Assembly (NCBI GenBank): GCA_036785375.1
Contig: JAWMAR010000029.1
Location: 9,920,001-9,984,000, forward strand
Source: Leucoraja ocellata
Taxonomy: Eukaryota
Reading direction: 5' to 3'
Length of the DNA: 64,000 nt
The translations under genes were made by a program, and so were the position numbers. The notes under the pieces were generated by a model, which searched no databases, was not told the origin of the DNA, and saw only the letters and a program-made list of their open reading frames with translations. Positions 24,493-37,116 of this stretch are shown in pieces. How positions within the stretch are numbered: the first letter of the stretch is position 1; each line of letters starts with the position of its first letter.

Positions 24493-27106
24493 TAGAGCCA
24501 GGATGTTTAGGCACTAAAAAACTGAAATAGGCAGGCAAAAAGGCTTAATAAAATGACAAAAAAGGCATTTATTGACAAACAAAGGCATAAAAAGGCATTT
24601 ATTTCCACCATCAAAATATGGTTACAAATTATAATATAAAGGTATACTACATTAAATGACCAAAGTTGCCTGGTTGCACATAATTACTAGCATTTTTTTT
24701 CAAATTATCTGGTGTTAAAATGTCGTCTGTCAGACAGAATATGCTTCAGTTGTGAAAAACTTATTTCTACCTCAGCTGAGGTCACTAGTGCATACCCAAA
24801 ACAAGCTACAGACTCTATATTCATGTCGATATCTTGTGTATTAGAACTACCTTTGAGAACTTTAGCTATGTTTTGTATTTCTTCAAGATCTTTGTTAGCT
24901 AAAATCACTCTCTCGCATTCCCCTTGTATGTCTTTACCTACATCGCCAGGAACTTTACGAATATCGTCAGTTACTTTGTTGAAAACCGGCAAGTTATTCA
25001 CTAATGTTTCGCCATGTTTCTCAAGGGAAGTGGTAGCTTGTGGGAAGTTTGCAAAATTGGAAACAATAAACACAAGATCACGGTGGAGGGACTGTTTCTG
25101 CATGATTTCACTGACTATCCTGACTGCAGCAGATTCTTCTTCTTCAAAACAGTTGACGATTTATTTTATATTTTCAAAATTTGCAGCATAGTAGAGTACA
25201 GCAGAGAGCCATGTATCCCACTTAGTCAAAACGGGCTGAGGAGGTAGCGGAATCTCAGGTGCCATTTCCTTGAACAGCTGCACACATGACGATGCTTTGA
25301 GGAAGATTTTCTTGACATTGGAAAGTAGGCGATCGAAATTTGGAAACAAGCTACATATATGCTTGGCAATTCTATGAAGTCCTTGACTAAGCATGTCAAA
25401 TGCGACATTTTGGGGAATAAAACTTTAAGTCACAAACAGAAGAACATTCTCGCGTTTATACCTTCTGGCCAAAGTATAGCAAGTGAAGATATAAACAACT
25501 GAGCTGTTTGACTTCCCCAATACTTCCAATGTCAACAAATACTCCTTTGATGGTTGACCTGCCTCCAGTGTACCGATGACCACATTGGCAACATATCTGC
25601 CCACAGCATCGGTTGTATCGTCTATTGAGATCCATATTTTGTCACATACAACTTCATCTCTAATTTTCTGCACAATGTTGAAGTTGCTGTCAACATAATT
25701 TTTCCATAATGATGACTTGCTTAGTATATGTTCCTCTGTGTATTACTCTAAAAAAGCCTGTGAGGGATTTGTTTTCCAATTTCCACAGTGGAATTCCAGC
25801 ATCGATAAATGTCTTGCACAGACCACTCGAAAACTCAGATTTGTGACTGGATCCAGCAGTAAATGTAGTGAGAAGACAAGCTTGGGTATTCCCCCTCCCC
25901 GGGCACTTTCCCTTGCAACCGCAAGAGATGCAACACTTGTCCCTTTACCTCCCCCCTCGACTCCGTTCAAGGACCCAAGCAATCGTTCCAGGTGCGACAG
26001 AGGTTTACCTGCATCTCTTCCAACCTCATCTATTGCGTCCGCTGCTCTAGATGTCAGCAGATCTATATCGGTGAGACCAAGCGGAGGTTGGGCGATCGTT
26101 TCGCCGAACACCTCCGCTCGGTCCGCAATAACCAAGCTGACCTCCCGGTGGCTCAGCACTTCAACTCCCCCTCCCACTCTGCCTCCGACCTCTCTGTCCT
26201 GGGTCTCCTCCATGGCCACAGCGAGCAGCACCGGAAATTGGAGGAACAGCACCTCATATTCCGTTTGGGGAGTCTGCACCCCGGGGGCATGAACATCGAA
26301 TTCTCCCAATTTTGTTAGTCCTTGCTGTCTCCTCCCCTTCCTCAGCCCCCTGCTGTCTCCTCCCATCCCCCAGCCTTCTGGCTACTCCTCCTTTTCCCTT
26401 TCTTGTCCCCACCCACCCCCGCCCCCGATCAGTCTGAAGAAGGGTTTCCGCCGGAAACGTTGCCTATTTCCTTCGCTCCATAGATGCTGCTGCACCCGCT
26501 GAGTTTCTCCAGCTTTTTTGTGTAAGCTTGGGTATTCCGTTTGTTTGGTCTATACCTCAGCAGTGTCAACATTGGCTTCTCTAATTTTATATAACCCTTG
26601 TCTTCTCCCTTCTCCCCCTCCACGTCCCAGCTCTCCTAGTCCCACTGTCTCCGCCTCCCCCCCCTCCCCCCATCAGTCTGAAGAAGGGTCTCGATCCGAA
26701 ACGTCCCCTATTCCTTCTCTCCATAGATGCTGCCTCACCCGCTGAGTTTCTCCAGCATTTTTTGTCTACCTTCGATTTTTCCATCAGTTCTTTCTTAAAT
26801 AGATCTTGGAGAAGACTGAACCAGCGGGCAGAGGCACCAACGAATGAACGACCGACGGTGGCGCGCCAGGTTTTGCCCCGGTGGTGGAAGTTTTCTTGTA
26901 AGTTATACTATGTTAACACATTAATAATAACATTAAAATTAACGTGTTAACATAGAAAACGTCATTGTACGGTACAACTAGAGAAAATAGCATGACCTTT
27001 TAGCAAAACAGCAAAAAAAAGGCTGATTTAGGTACTTGATCGTGATTTTTTGAAATCATCAAAAAAGACATGAAAAGGCACATGACATGGCAAAATCCTG
27101 GCTCTA
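24493..27106 (-). mobile_element. decayed autonomous hAT transposon with nested Penelope insertions
   Basis: TIR TAGAGCCAGGAT; 8-bp TSD CTTATTAC (24485-24492, 27107-27114). Frameshifted transposase pieces [38 protein letters not shown] at 24705-25673. Confidence 0.85.
25893..26523 (+). mobile_element. Penelope-like element 3' fragment (GIY-YIG endonuclease + tail with hammerhead core)
   Basis: Translates to FTCISSNLIYCVRCSRCQQIYIGETKRRLGDRFAEH...LPVAQHFN; 15-bp TSD AAGCTTGGGTATTCC (25878-25892, 26524-26538). Confidence 0.9.
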
Positions 27107-27639
27107 CTTATTACTAATGCTCTGCTGAGCCTCAGAGACTTGTCCTGTCACGGTGGCGTAGCGGTTGAGTTCTTCCCGAAAACTTTCTTCCCAAAAACCC
27201 TTTCTGGCTTAAGTCCTCCCTCCACCACCTCCAGTTTAAATTCCACTTGGAATATTTTGGATGACCAAGAAAACCAAGAACCAAGAGTTGCTGCCTCACA
27301 GCGAATGCAGCACCGGAGACCCCGGGCTTTAACTTGTGGAGCAGTCCTATCCTTTTCCATAATATTTAAAATCTAATAATAGCGACTGTGGCTCCTCTGA
27401 CACTTCAATCACTGCCCAGCCACATCTCCAAGAAGGGTTTCGGCCCGAAACGTTGCCTATCTCCTTCGCTCCATAGATGCTGCTGCACCCGCTGAGTTTC
27501 TCCAGCATTTTTGTGTACCTTCTCCCCAGGTGAGGTCAGCCTCACCGACCTGAAACGATCTATGCAGCACCTATGTTAAACTCTCTCCCCTCCCCCCCTC
27601 TCTCCCTCTCTTCCTCTCTCCTTCCCTCACCTACCAGTG

Positions 27640-27990
27640 GCTGGACCAAGTCACCCGACCTTCATGATTATCGCGGCCGCGGTCTCACCTGCCGGGCAGC
27701 CTGAACAGCAGGGATCATCCCCGACTCGAACGAGCTTGAACTTCGGCGGACAGTCCTGGGGTAGCGCCGCACATACAGTTGCCAGCACAGACAGGAGGAG
27801 CGCCGGGGACCCCATGGGCGCAGCGCGGACAATCGGAATGCGGCGCCTGAGCTTCTGACCAAAGCTCCGCAATAAGAACTTTGCTCCTGACACTTAGCGG
27901 TGGCACATAGATAGATGGCGGAGGCGGCATCCGGACGCAGCCCAGAGCCGGGCGTCAGCCTCACGTCACCTACCACAAACAACACGAGGG
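27640..27990. promoter_or_regulatory. CpG-island-like promoter / first-exon region of the TNFRSF4/9/18-like gene
   Basis: Locally high GC and CpG density overlapping exon 1, in an otherwise CpG-poor window. Confidence 0.6.
27689..27815 (-). CDS. TNFRSF4/9/18-like receptor, exon 1 (signal peptide + start of CRD1)
   Basis: GCGCCCATGG start context; MGSPALLLSVLATVCAALPQDCPPKFKLVRVGDDPCCSGCPA then CAG|GTGAGA in phase 1. The seven exons sum to 798 nt, i.e. 265 aa + stop. Confidence 0.88.
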
Positions 27991-28142
27991 AGCGCCGCAC
28001 AGTGGGAGGAGCAGTACCGAGGGAGCGCCGCATTGAGGTAGTCAGGGGGCAGTTTTCTGAGGGAGGGTTACACTGAGTTTGGGGCAGCAACTGAGGGAGC
28101 GCCGCATTGTGGGAGGGGCGACACTGAGGGAGCGCCGCACAT
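27985..28142 (+). repeat. ~32-bp tandem repeat (GAGGGAGCGCCGCA...)
   Basis: About five degenerate units just upstream of the TNFR exon 1. A related inverted array lies at ~47850-47980. Confidence 0.7.
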
Positions 28143-29872
28143 TGCGAATTATTATAATGAACAATGATTATCGTGGGTTTGTTTGAAATGTTGGATGTCC
28201 CACACCATCAAATTATACGTGGAATTCTGACCCATCTCTGAAGCATCGTCATGTGGTGGGGAGATAGCGGAGTCAGGGGATATGGGGAGAGGGCAGGAAC
28301 GGGGAACTGATTGGGGATGATCAGCCATGATCACATTGAATGGTGGTGCTGGCTCGAAGGGCCGAATGGCCAACTCCTGCACCTATTGTCTATTGATTTA
28401 CTGTCTCGACATTTTTTTTTCTGGAGGTAAAAGTCTTCGGACATTGCTGATTTTAAACCACTGGTGATTTGAAGGCACGAGTTAATCCAACGACTGAAAT
28501 TGTGCAAATATATCAGTAGGTCTTGTTGCAAGATGCCATGTTGCCAGTCAGTCAGCCACCCACCCTGGCTGACATTTGGCGGAGCTGCCTGGGGCCATGG
28601 GCACGGGATCCATCCGTGGAAACTCCGCTGAATGTCCGGGAACAGATCATGAGGCATCACTCCCGGAATGACGTGGAGGGTGAGGTGACATTACCAGCAG
28701 TGGTCGGAGCTGTAGCTGTCACTTTGTGGGTTTCCTTGCCGCCTCGTCATGCGTTGCTGATGACTGGAGCAGTCGGCGAGTCCACCTTTGCCACTGCTGA
28801 GAAAAATAAGGATTTTAAATGAAGGCTGCAAATTGTCCTACAGGGAAGATGGAAGGCTATCCACTTGGTTTGCGTTCTGAACTCTGGAGAACGGTTGTGA
28901 TGACAGAAGCTGCGCCGAAGATGTACACGAAATAGCGTAGTGATTCAGCGGGACAGGCAGCATCCCTGGAGAGAAGGAATGGGTGACGTTTCGGGGTCTG
29001 AAGAAGAGTCTCGACCCGAACCGTCACCCATTCCTTCTCTCCAAAGATGCTGCCGGTCCCGCTGTGTTTTACTCTGGAGAACAATTACTCGATATTTCAT
29101 TCATGCACGGCACTCTTGGTATTTATTGCATGTCCAATACATGCCTTTTGATAGATCAGCCATGATTGATGGGCCGAACGGCCTAATTCTTCTCCCATCA
29201 CTTATGAACTTATTTTACTCCCTGTACCCCACTCTTGAACCAGTCGTGGGTTGTGATAGAAGGGTGTTATTCCTGCAGTTCTGTGCTCAGTGATGTTCCA
29301 CAGGATCTGTGCTCTGTCAACTGTGGTTTGTGATACAAGACCGTGAAGAGCATTCATGCGCAGAGGGGTCGTGGGGTCGAAGTTCATAAATCATAAGTTC
29401 TAGGAGAAAAATGAGGCCATTGGACCCATCAAGTCTACTCCGCCATTCAATCATGGCTAATCTACCTTTCCCCCTCAACCCCATTCTCATGCCTACTCCC
29501 CATAATCCCTGACACCCTAACTAATCAAGAATTTATTGAATCCGTCACTGTGCGGTGCTCCCTCTACTGCCCCTCCCACATTACTCCTTGAAAGTGGTTC
29601 CATGAGTATATAGAATGTACAAAAGGCACGGTTTGCCTGTCTTCCTCAGTCAGGACATTGAGTATCAGCAGTGATGGAAATGGGTTTTAGGAACTAGGGG
29701 CACTCTAAGGTCCGTGAATCTGAGGTTGGGAAGGGGGGGGGGGGGGGGAGTTTTTATGTGCGGTCATACCCATGTAAGAGTACAAGAATACATAACTTGT
29801 TTCTTGTGTATTTATAATATAGTTTATTGTGTATTATATGTCATAGCTGCTTTCTTGCATCTCTCTCTCTCT

Positions 29873-30111
29873 CGGACAGACGAAAGCAATGATCATAGAG
29901 TGGAATAGATGACATTTCGGGTCGAGACCCTTCTTCAGACTGACAGTCAAGGGGAAGGGAAAGAATAGATATAGACATATCTTCCATTCATTTGTCCTTA
30001 GTACCGTCTATATCTCTTGTTCCTCTTTCCGCTGACTCAGTCTGAAGAAGGGTCTCGACCTGAAATGTCATCTATTCCACTCTATGATCGTTGCTTTCGT
30101 CCGTCTGTCCG
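29873..30111. repeat. ~240-bp imperfect palindrome built from Penelope-derived arms
   Basis: CGGACAGACGAAAGCAATGATCATAGAGTGGAATAGATGACATTTC...TTCAGACTGA is mirrored at 30038-30111. Confidence 0.85.
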
Positions 30112-31731
30112 CTCGCCTTTGGATTAAGTAGCGCAGGATAAAGCTGTGAATTCACGCCATTCCCCTCCCATTCCCAATCTGACCTTTCTGTCCTGAGACT
30201 CCTCCATTGTCAGAGTGGAGGAACATCAGCAAGTATTTTGCAGCTTTGGTTAGGCCACATTTGGAATATTGTGTGTAGTTCTACAGGAAGATGTGGCGGC
30301 TTTGGAGAGGGTGCAGAAGAGATTTATCTTTATCCCCCCACCCCTCCCCTTCCTCTTTCAGCGACACTCTGCCTCTATTCATTTCTCTTGGCCTCCCTTA
30401 GTTGCGCTTCACCTCCTACACTCCCTTATCTCCCTTGGCCGCTTTGTCTTTCTTCCATTGAGGCGCCTGCCCCCCCCTCGCCCCTTCTATTCTCACTACT
30501 TCAGTTCACTACCCTGTTACTCCTTAAGCGATCAATGTCAAGTATTGCCTGATAATCTTGTTGCCTGGACCAATGTCTATTTAATATTATTAATATTGCT
30601 TCATGAAGAGGCAAGATTGTTGTTGGGTACGAGGCAACACACGACTCCTCCCATGCCAACTCAAATATGATTTAAAGAACTGTGGTTTCCTGCAGTAAAG
30701 GTCAGAGGGTTTGAATTCCGTTCCCCATCTCACATCGCCAGCGGCTTCACTCAGTCGTGGGCGCAGGTACTTGGCTATTTAGTTAATCTCTTTAATGAGC
30801 ACGTATATTCCGAGTGCCTGCAGCGCAGAGTCAAAATAATTGTAAGTTTTATTCAGCAAGAGTTTGTGCTGCAAACGGATGCTGAATGTGGAGCTCCAAC
30901 CAAACTTCCCTTTGTTATAAAAACAGCCACAAAGTGTTGGAGTAAAGGGCCTGTCCCACTTGGCCGTCATTTACACGACAGGCCGGTATGAAACAAACAG
31001 GGAATGTTGGGAATAGGGGGTCGGGCAGCATCTATGGAGAGAGAAACCGAGTTAACATTTTAGATCTGTCACTCGGAAGGGAGGGATGCCATTGGTATTT
31101 CCTCAGTGGGGTATCTGGAGCTGGGGCTGGAGTTTCAGCCTATTTTAAGATGAAGATGAGGAGGAATCTCTTTTCTTAGATCATGACTCTTTGGAATTCT
31201 CAACCCAGAAAGTTGTAGAGTTGTAGCTAATCAAGGCAAAGGTTGCCAGACATGCAAACTGTTAGGGAAGGGGCACAAAGATGTCAACCATGAGAGAATC
31301 AAGAAACATGGCAACAGATGGAAAGTATTGTTCAGTGGAATCTAAGCCACATCTTACTAAGGCTCAACTATTTCTGTACCCTCAAGATCTTAAGAAAACG
31401 TTCAGACGAAATGCGAGTGCAAGAAGCTGGAATTAGTCCAAAGGGGCCTTTCTTTCATTGGGTATAGATATGAAGGGCTGAATGGCCTCCTTTGTTGTAC
31501 AGTTTCTCTGACTCCCAAGTTGAAAGTCTCTGAGCTCAATGTTGGGGAGAGTGCAACACAATGAGTCTCTTGGCAAGTAGGTTTGAGGATATAAACCAGA
31601 ACGATGTCTTGACCGGCCTACAGTTTGTGCATCTGCATTATAGATTCATAGCCAGATCTGAACAGCACGGAAAAAGTTCTTCGGCCCACCTTGTCCATGC
31701 TGACCAAGTTGGCTAGTTATTTGCCTGCATT

Positions 31732-32438
31732 CAGGGGCTGAAATCGCTATCAAAACATGGGGGGTGAGGACAATTTCTTAGCACCGCGCGTGCGTGCACA
31801 CACACTCACGCGCGAGGCTTTGGAGGCTTCAGCCGTGGGCCCTGTGGACGGTAACATCGGGAGCTGACTTGGTTGGTGACCAAACTCCAACAACAGCAGC
31901 TTCGTCCTCCCGAATCGTTGGGCTTCAATTGGCCCGTTCGCGGGGCCTTTCATTGCCCGGCGAGGGTTTCAACATCGGGAGCCTCGATCGTCTCGACGCG
32001 GGGCGGTGGAAGATCCCGCCGATTTTAAGCTGCCCCTGGCCGGGCGATGAAAAGCCCCGCGAACGGGCCATTTCAAGCCTCGCTCTATGATCTTTGCTCC
32101 ACCAGGACATCACCGCACTCTATCCTCAGTCCCACCCCCCTGCTTCCGCTTCTGACCCACACCTCGCTCCTCCAATGATCGCGCTGAATCATCATGTCTC
32201 GCCCCCCCCCCCCCCCACTGCCTGCTGACCGACATCTCTCTCGTCCAATCGGCGCCCTCGATCATCAGTCCCACCCCCACTGTCTCGCCGAAAGCAGAGA
32301 TTTTTAATAGATTTTTTTTCCTCCGAGTTTTAAAATCCAGATTACAAAACATGGGGGGGGGGATTGTCCCCCACCTCTCAAAGCATGGAGGGGAATGTCC
32401 CCCTTGTCTCCCACTCCCCCCCGGGAATTCCGCCCATG
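31732..32438. mobile_element. non-autonomous hAT-type element inserted in a CR1-tail repeat
   Basis: 8-bp TSD CCTGCATT (31724-31731, 32439-32446); imperfect TIRs CAGGGGCTGAAATC / GAATTCCGCCCATG. Confidence 0.7.
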
Positions 32439-33339
32439 CCTGCATTTGGCCCATAGCCCTCCAAACCCTGCCCAAATGTATCTGCCCAAATGTCTATTAA
32501 TGGTAATGTTAACATGGCCGAGCTTTGCAATAGGTGGGCTGAGGGAGAGGCAGAGATGGTGACGTTACTGAAAATGTCATTGCAGACCAAGCTGATGACA
32601 TCTTTCTCATTTCTTTGCTCGTTTCTCTTCATTGGTAGTAAGAGAGATTCTATATCGCGATTAAATTGAATTGAATTGAATCCTTTATTTGTCATTCAGA
32701 CCTTAAACACAAATTAACATCCACCACAGTGAGTTCAACAAGCACCTCCTCACTGTGATGGAGGCAAAAGTCTTAGAGTTACTGTCTCTTCCCTCCTCTT
32801 CTCCCTCTGCGCTGAGGTGATAAAGTGACACAAAGAAAATACTTGGTATTAACCAAGTTTATCTGATTCCTCTCAGTAAAAATAACAATTTCCCCCCACA
32901 GATGCTAGGTCAGATACTGTCATACAGGGCCTGTGGTTCCAGGCAGAATGTATACTGTCTGCTTGACTTCCTATACATAAAGCAGGAATCTGTGGTTGAA
33001 TTACTTGGACCTACAGTAAATTGAGACGTAAAGCACAGGCCCTGCATGCGTTGGTGAATCACAAAGTGTGCAAAGTACAATGGAAGTGATACGAAGTTTC
33101 AGGAATGCCAGCAATATGTGGGAAACCATGCGTGTTATGCTGTTTGTGGTCAAGAAGTTGAACAAATGACTATTTTCTAGTCTCCAGCTTTATGTTTCCA
33201 CACTGAGCTGGTCTCACATCCCACTGTCGATCCAGGGCTGCTCCCCAGCAACCTGACTCTGCTGATTTAACATGGCCATCAGCCAGTGCAGAATTCTTTG
33301 TTGGGGGTCACACGCCGCAGCAAAGTCCAGAGTCCTCTG

Positions 33340-33630
33340 CCCCATCTCTCTCTGCCCTCACTCTCTACCCCCGCCCCCCCCCCCCCCCCCACCCTCCCCC
33401 CCCCTCCCCTCTCTCAAGTTGGGGGCTATGCGTCAGTAGATAGGGTGGTTATGGGGTAAAAGGAGCAAATTAATAATATTAATATAATATCAAGGGGGGT
33501 AATTAGCGTGAGTGCGGGGGGGGAGGGGGGGGGGATAGTTAGTGTGTGTGACGCTGCATGCCTCCTCCCCCCCCCCCGCCACAACCGCACGTTGGGGGAA
33601 CAGACCCAACGGGTCTGCACTTGGTATAGT
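33340..33630 (+). mobile_element. possible non-autonomous Helitron 3' end
   Basis: GC hairpin CAGACCC-AAC-GGGTCTG (33601-33617) about 10 nt before a GTATAG|T end, a variant of the CTAG consensus. Confidence 0.4.
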
Positions 33631-33856
33631 GATTAATAAAATGACTGACAGATTAGCAAGTGAAATATGGATTAACTAAGAGTACTCCATACCATTAAGA
33701 ATGTTGGTGAACTACGTGGGGTCCTGGAGTAATCCTAGCTTTTTATTGCAGTCAGATTATCAAGTGTTATTAGTCCAATGAAACATCCTCTCATAAGCTA
33801 TGGAGTGCGGCCCCGACCTCCCATCTATCTCATTGGAGACCTTTGAACTATCTCTA

Positions 33857-34299
33857 CATAGATACATAGATACATAGAAAATAGGTGCAGGAGTAGGCCA
33901 TTCGGTCCTTCGAGCCTGTACCACCATTCAATATGATCATGGCTGATCATCCAACTCAGTATCCCGTACCTGCCTTCTCCCCATACTCCCTGATCCCTTT
34001 AGCCACAAGGGCCACATCTAACTCCCTCTTAAATATAGTCAATGAACTGGCCTCAACTACCTTCTGTGGCAAAGAGTTCCAGAGATTCACCACTCTCTGC
34101 GTGAAAAATGTCCTTCTCATCTCGGTCTTAAAGGATTTCCCCTCTATCCTTAAGTTGTGATCCCTTGTCCTGGACTTCCCCAACATCGGGAACAATCTTC
34201 CTGCATCTAGCCTGTCCAACCCCTTAGAATTTTGTAAGTTTCTATAAGATCCCCCCTCAATCTCCTAAATTCTAGCAAGTACAAGCCGAGTCTATCCAG
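33857..34299 (-). mobile_element. young CR1/HER1 LINE 3' fragment
   Basis: Near-identical reverse complement of 19625-20066; TCTCTA on both flanks. Confidence 0.9.
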
Positions 34300-34319
34300 T
34301 CTCTAATGGGGCTTTATTG

Positions 34320-35140
34320 GCGGCGCTGCCCTAGCAGCTGCGGCTCGCATGCAGTCCGTCTGTTTTTTTATTTTATTTTTTATTTTGTCCTGTTTTACTT
34401 AAATTTAGTTTATTTAGGTTGTGTATGTGTGGGGGGGCGGGGGGGGGGGGGGAGAGGTGGGAGAAAAACATGTTTCTGGTCTCTTCCTTCGGGGGGATGC
34501 AACCTTTTATTGTCGTATACCCCCCGTCTCCATCTGCGCTGAGGCCTAATGGCGGAGCTGGCGGCCTCCAACTGGGACCGACCTCGAGGCTATGGAGGCA
34601 GAGCCAGCCAGGACTTACCAACGCGAGGCTGGCCGACATCGGGGCTGTGGTGGTGTTGTGGCGACCCGACTTCGGAGGCTCGGCCGCGGACCCAGTGGAC
34701 GACATCGTCGGGAGCTCGCAGGTCACAGGTCACAGGTTGGTGACCTGTTTTTCTGGAGCTCCTGCAACAGTTTCGTCCGTTGGACTGGAGGGCGGCAACT
34801 TCGGCAGGTCGACCGCCCCAGGCCGTGGAGTTTGAACTGGCTCGATCGCGGAGCTCGGATTCAGCCGCGGGTCTTGCTTACCATCACCCAGCGGGGTCAC
34901 AACATCGGAGGCCTGGATCGCCTCAGTGCAGAAGGAGAACAAGGAGGGAAGAGACAAGGACTTTAAGGCTTTTGCTTTCCATCACAGTGAGGAGGTGCCT
35001 GGTGGACTCACTGTGGTGGATGTTAAATCTGTGTTTATTGTGTGTTTTGTTATGTTATTCTATGTTATAACTGCAAGGCACAAAATTTCATTCGGACTGA
35101 AAAGTCTGAATGACAATAAAGGATACTTGATACTTGATTA
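34320..35140 (+). mobile_element. GC-rich non-autonomous retroposon-like repeat
   Basis: CpG-rich body, AATAAA and a (TACTTGA)n simple-repeat tail. Shares the CAACATCGG(G/A)AG-CCT motif with ~31970. Confidence 0.45.
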
Positions 35141-36363
35141 GACTTCAATGTGATGAGGCAAGAGATGAGATTGGTGGAGATCTTTGCATCTTCTCTAGCC
35201 ACAGACAAAGTCCTGGAGGACATGGAGAGTAGCCAATGTTGTTCCTTTGTTTAAGAAGGAAACTAGACAGAATCCAGGGAACTCTAAACCAATGATACGT
35301 GGTAGGGAAGCTATTGGGGAGGATTCTTCGGAATAGGACTCATTCTCATTTGGAAGAGAATGGACTAATCAGGAACAGTCAGCATAGCTTTATGCGCGGC
35401 AGGGCATGGCTTACTAACTGGGCGGAATTTTTTGAGCATTTCTAAATTATTTCAAATGGGGATGTCACCCCTTATGCTTTCTTCCAATATTACCTGGTGT
35501 TGTTCTTGAATTAAAAGCAATCGTGCTCTCACTGCCCTGGTTATCACTCTGGCACAGTGCCTCTGTAAAGCAACAAGCATCATGCTTTCTGTTGTGAAAG
35601 GTGGAGTGTTCCACCACCAGACTTTAGAAACTGCAGCCTGAATAATTGTCATCAACAAATAGTTTAATATCTCGATATAAAACATTACATTTTTCAGCAC
35701 TGATGATGCTGGAGACATTTGGTTGGTAGGGTGTTGGAATCTGTGTCTCTGTGGGTTGCTGAGTTTGGTTTCTCTGCGGCAGTTGAGATGTTTGTCTCCT
35801 CCATTGGTGACATTCCAGTGAGAACATGGTTGCCAAATGAGCAGGCGAGAGCTCAGCAGGTCGATCTGGAACAAGTGATGGGCTGGATTCACAGTTGCTG
35901 TGTCAAAGCCCTGACCCATCAGCTGTGCAGGAGAACACTCTGCTGATGTCTGTTGTGTGGCTCAGGACCAGCTTCTTCAAGTCAGAAATATATGGACAAT
36001 AAATAGGTCATGTTGGTGTGTTCCAGGTGGAAGAGGCACCGCGACTTTCGCCACTTGTGTGGGATGGCGCTTACTGGAAGCATGACAATTATCTTTGTTT
36101 GAACTTCGCCCAACACCCACAAACACACACACAGTTCCCAGAACAGTGACCAGGAGCTCAGGAAACTGTCTTTTATCTAGCTTTGAGTTGTGGTACAGTG
36201 CAGTGAAAATGCAGTGCAGTATTTTGAAGAAGCAAGACGGGTTCAACCAATGGCTGTCTCTAAGCATGGAATCATCTTCATGGTCAAAGCTCGGAATCCC
36301 TAGAGATTCCAGGGGTGAACAGTCCTTGGCTTGAGTGGTGGTTCTGAGCAGTGGAGGTCGGTC

Positions 36364-36447
36364 CTAGTAACGGCAGCTCTTCCTCTTCTTGGGCAAATTG
36401 GGTGGCGGCTGTCGGTTGAAAGACAGGGTGTTGGTGCTGTAGTCCGG
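36364..36447 (-). CDS. tandem-PH-domain (PLEKHN1-like) gene, exon 12 (last, stop)
   Basis: TTTCCTCTTCAG acceptor, phase 0. Encodes PDYSTNTLSFNRQPPPNLPKKRKSCRY*. Confidence 0.7.
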   Translation of the reverse strand, partial: PDYSTNTLSFNRQPPPNLPKKRKSCRY

Positions 36448-36799
36448 CTGAAGAGGAAACACAACAAACTGTTTCATTACCCTGACATCAAACCCTGGCC
36501 AGTGTACACAAACCATTGTTCTTCTACCCTGATGTAGGGTTAGACACTATTTGTTCTGTCACATCAGTGGGAGACCAATTATTCCTATACTTAATTCATG
36601 TGGAAAGAAATGGCAACTGATAGTGACTCTATGATACCTTGCACCTCTGGTCCTCTAATTTCCCAACTACCCTGCACCTGAATCCCTGTTTGTTCTCCCT
36701 TGATTTCCCCCCAATTACTCCTCTGATACAATCTCTGGATTTACCCCTTCCAGCTGATTCAGACACCAGATTCTCATGCCCCATTCCATCAACACCTAA

Positions 36800-37116
36800 A
36801 GGTCCTGTCCCACTGTACGAGGTAATTCAAGAGCTCTCCCGAGTTTAAAAAAGAAATCAAACTGGTGGTAAGCACGTAGAATGTATGTAGCGGGTACGTC
36901 GGAGCTCGGGACGTCTCTTAGCGGCTCGTACACTAACGGCAGATACTCGGGAAACGCGGTAAGCTCATGAAGACTCGTGAAGGTTTCTCAACATGTTGAA
37001 AAATGTCCACGAGAGCCCCGAGTACCTACGAGCGGTTATTACCGTAATTCTCCGAGTTCGAATCAGGGGAAACTCGGAAGAACTCTTGAATTAGCTCGTA
37101 CAGTGGGACAGGCCCT
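36800..37116. mobile_element. PIF/Harbinger-type MITE
   Basis: TIR AGG(T/G)CCTGTCCCACTGTACGAG; TAA TSD at 36797-36799 and 37117-37119. Confidence 0.85.

Noticed and set aside
25717-26366. 191-aa and 207-aa ORFs
   Set aside because: Alternative-frame and antisense readings of the GC-rich Penelope GIY-YIG fragment.
35450-36200. Faint LRR-like words (LKKLVLSH) on the minus strand
   Set aside because: A single motif among stops and frameshifts, with no repeat periodicity.
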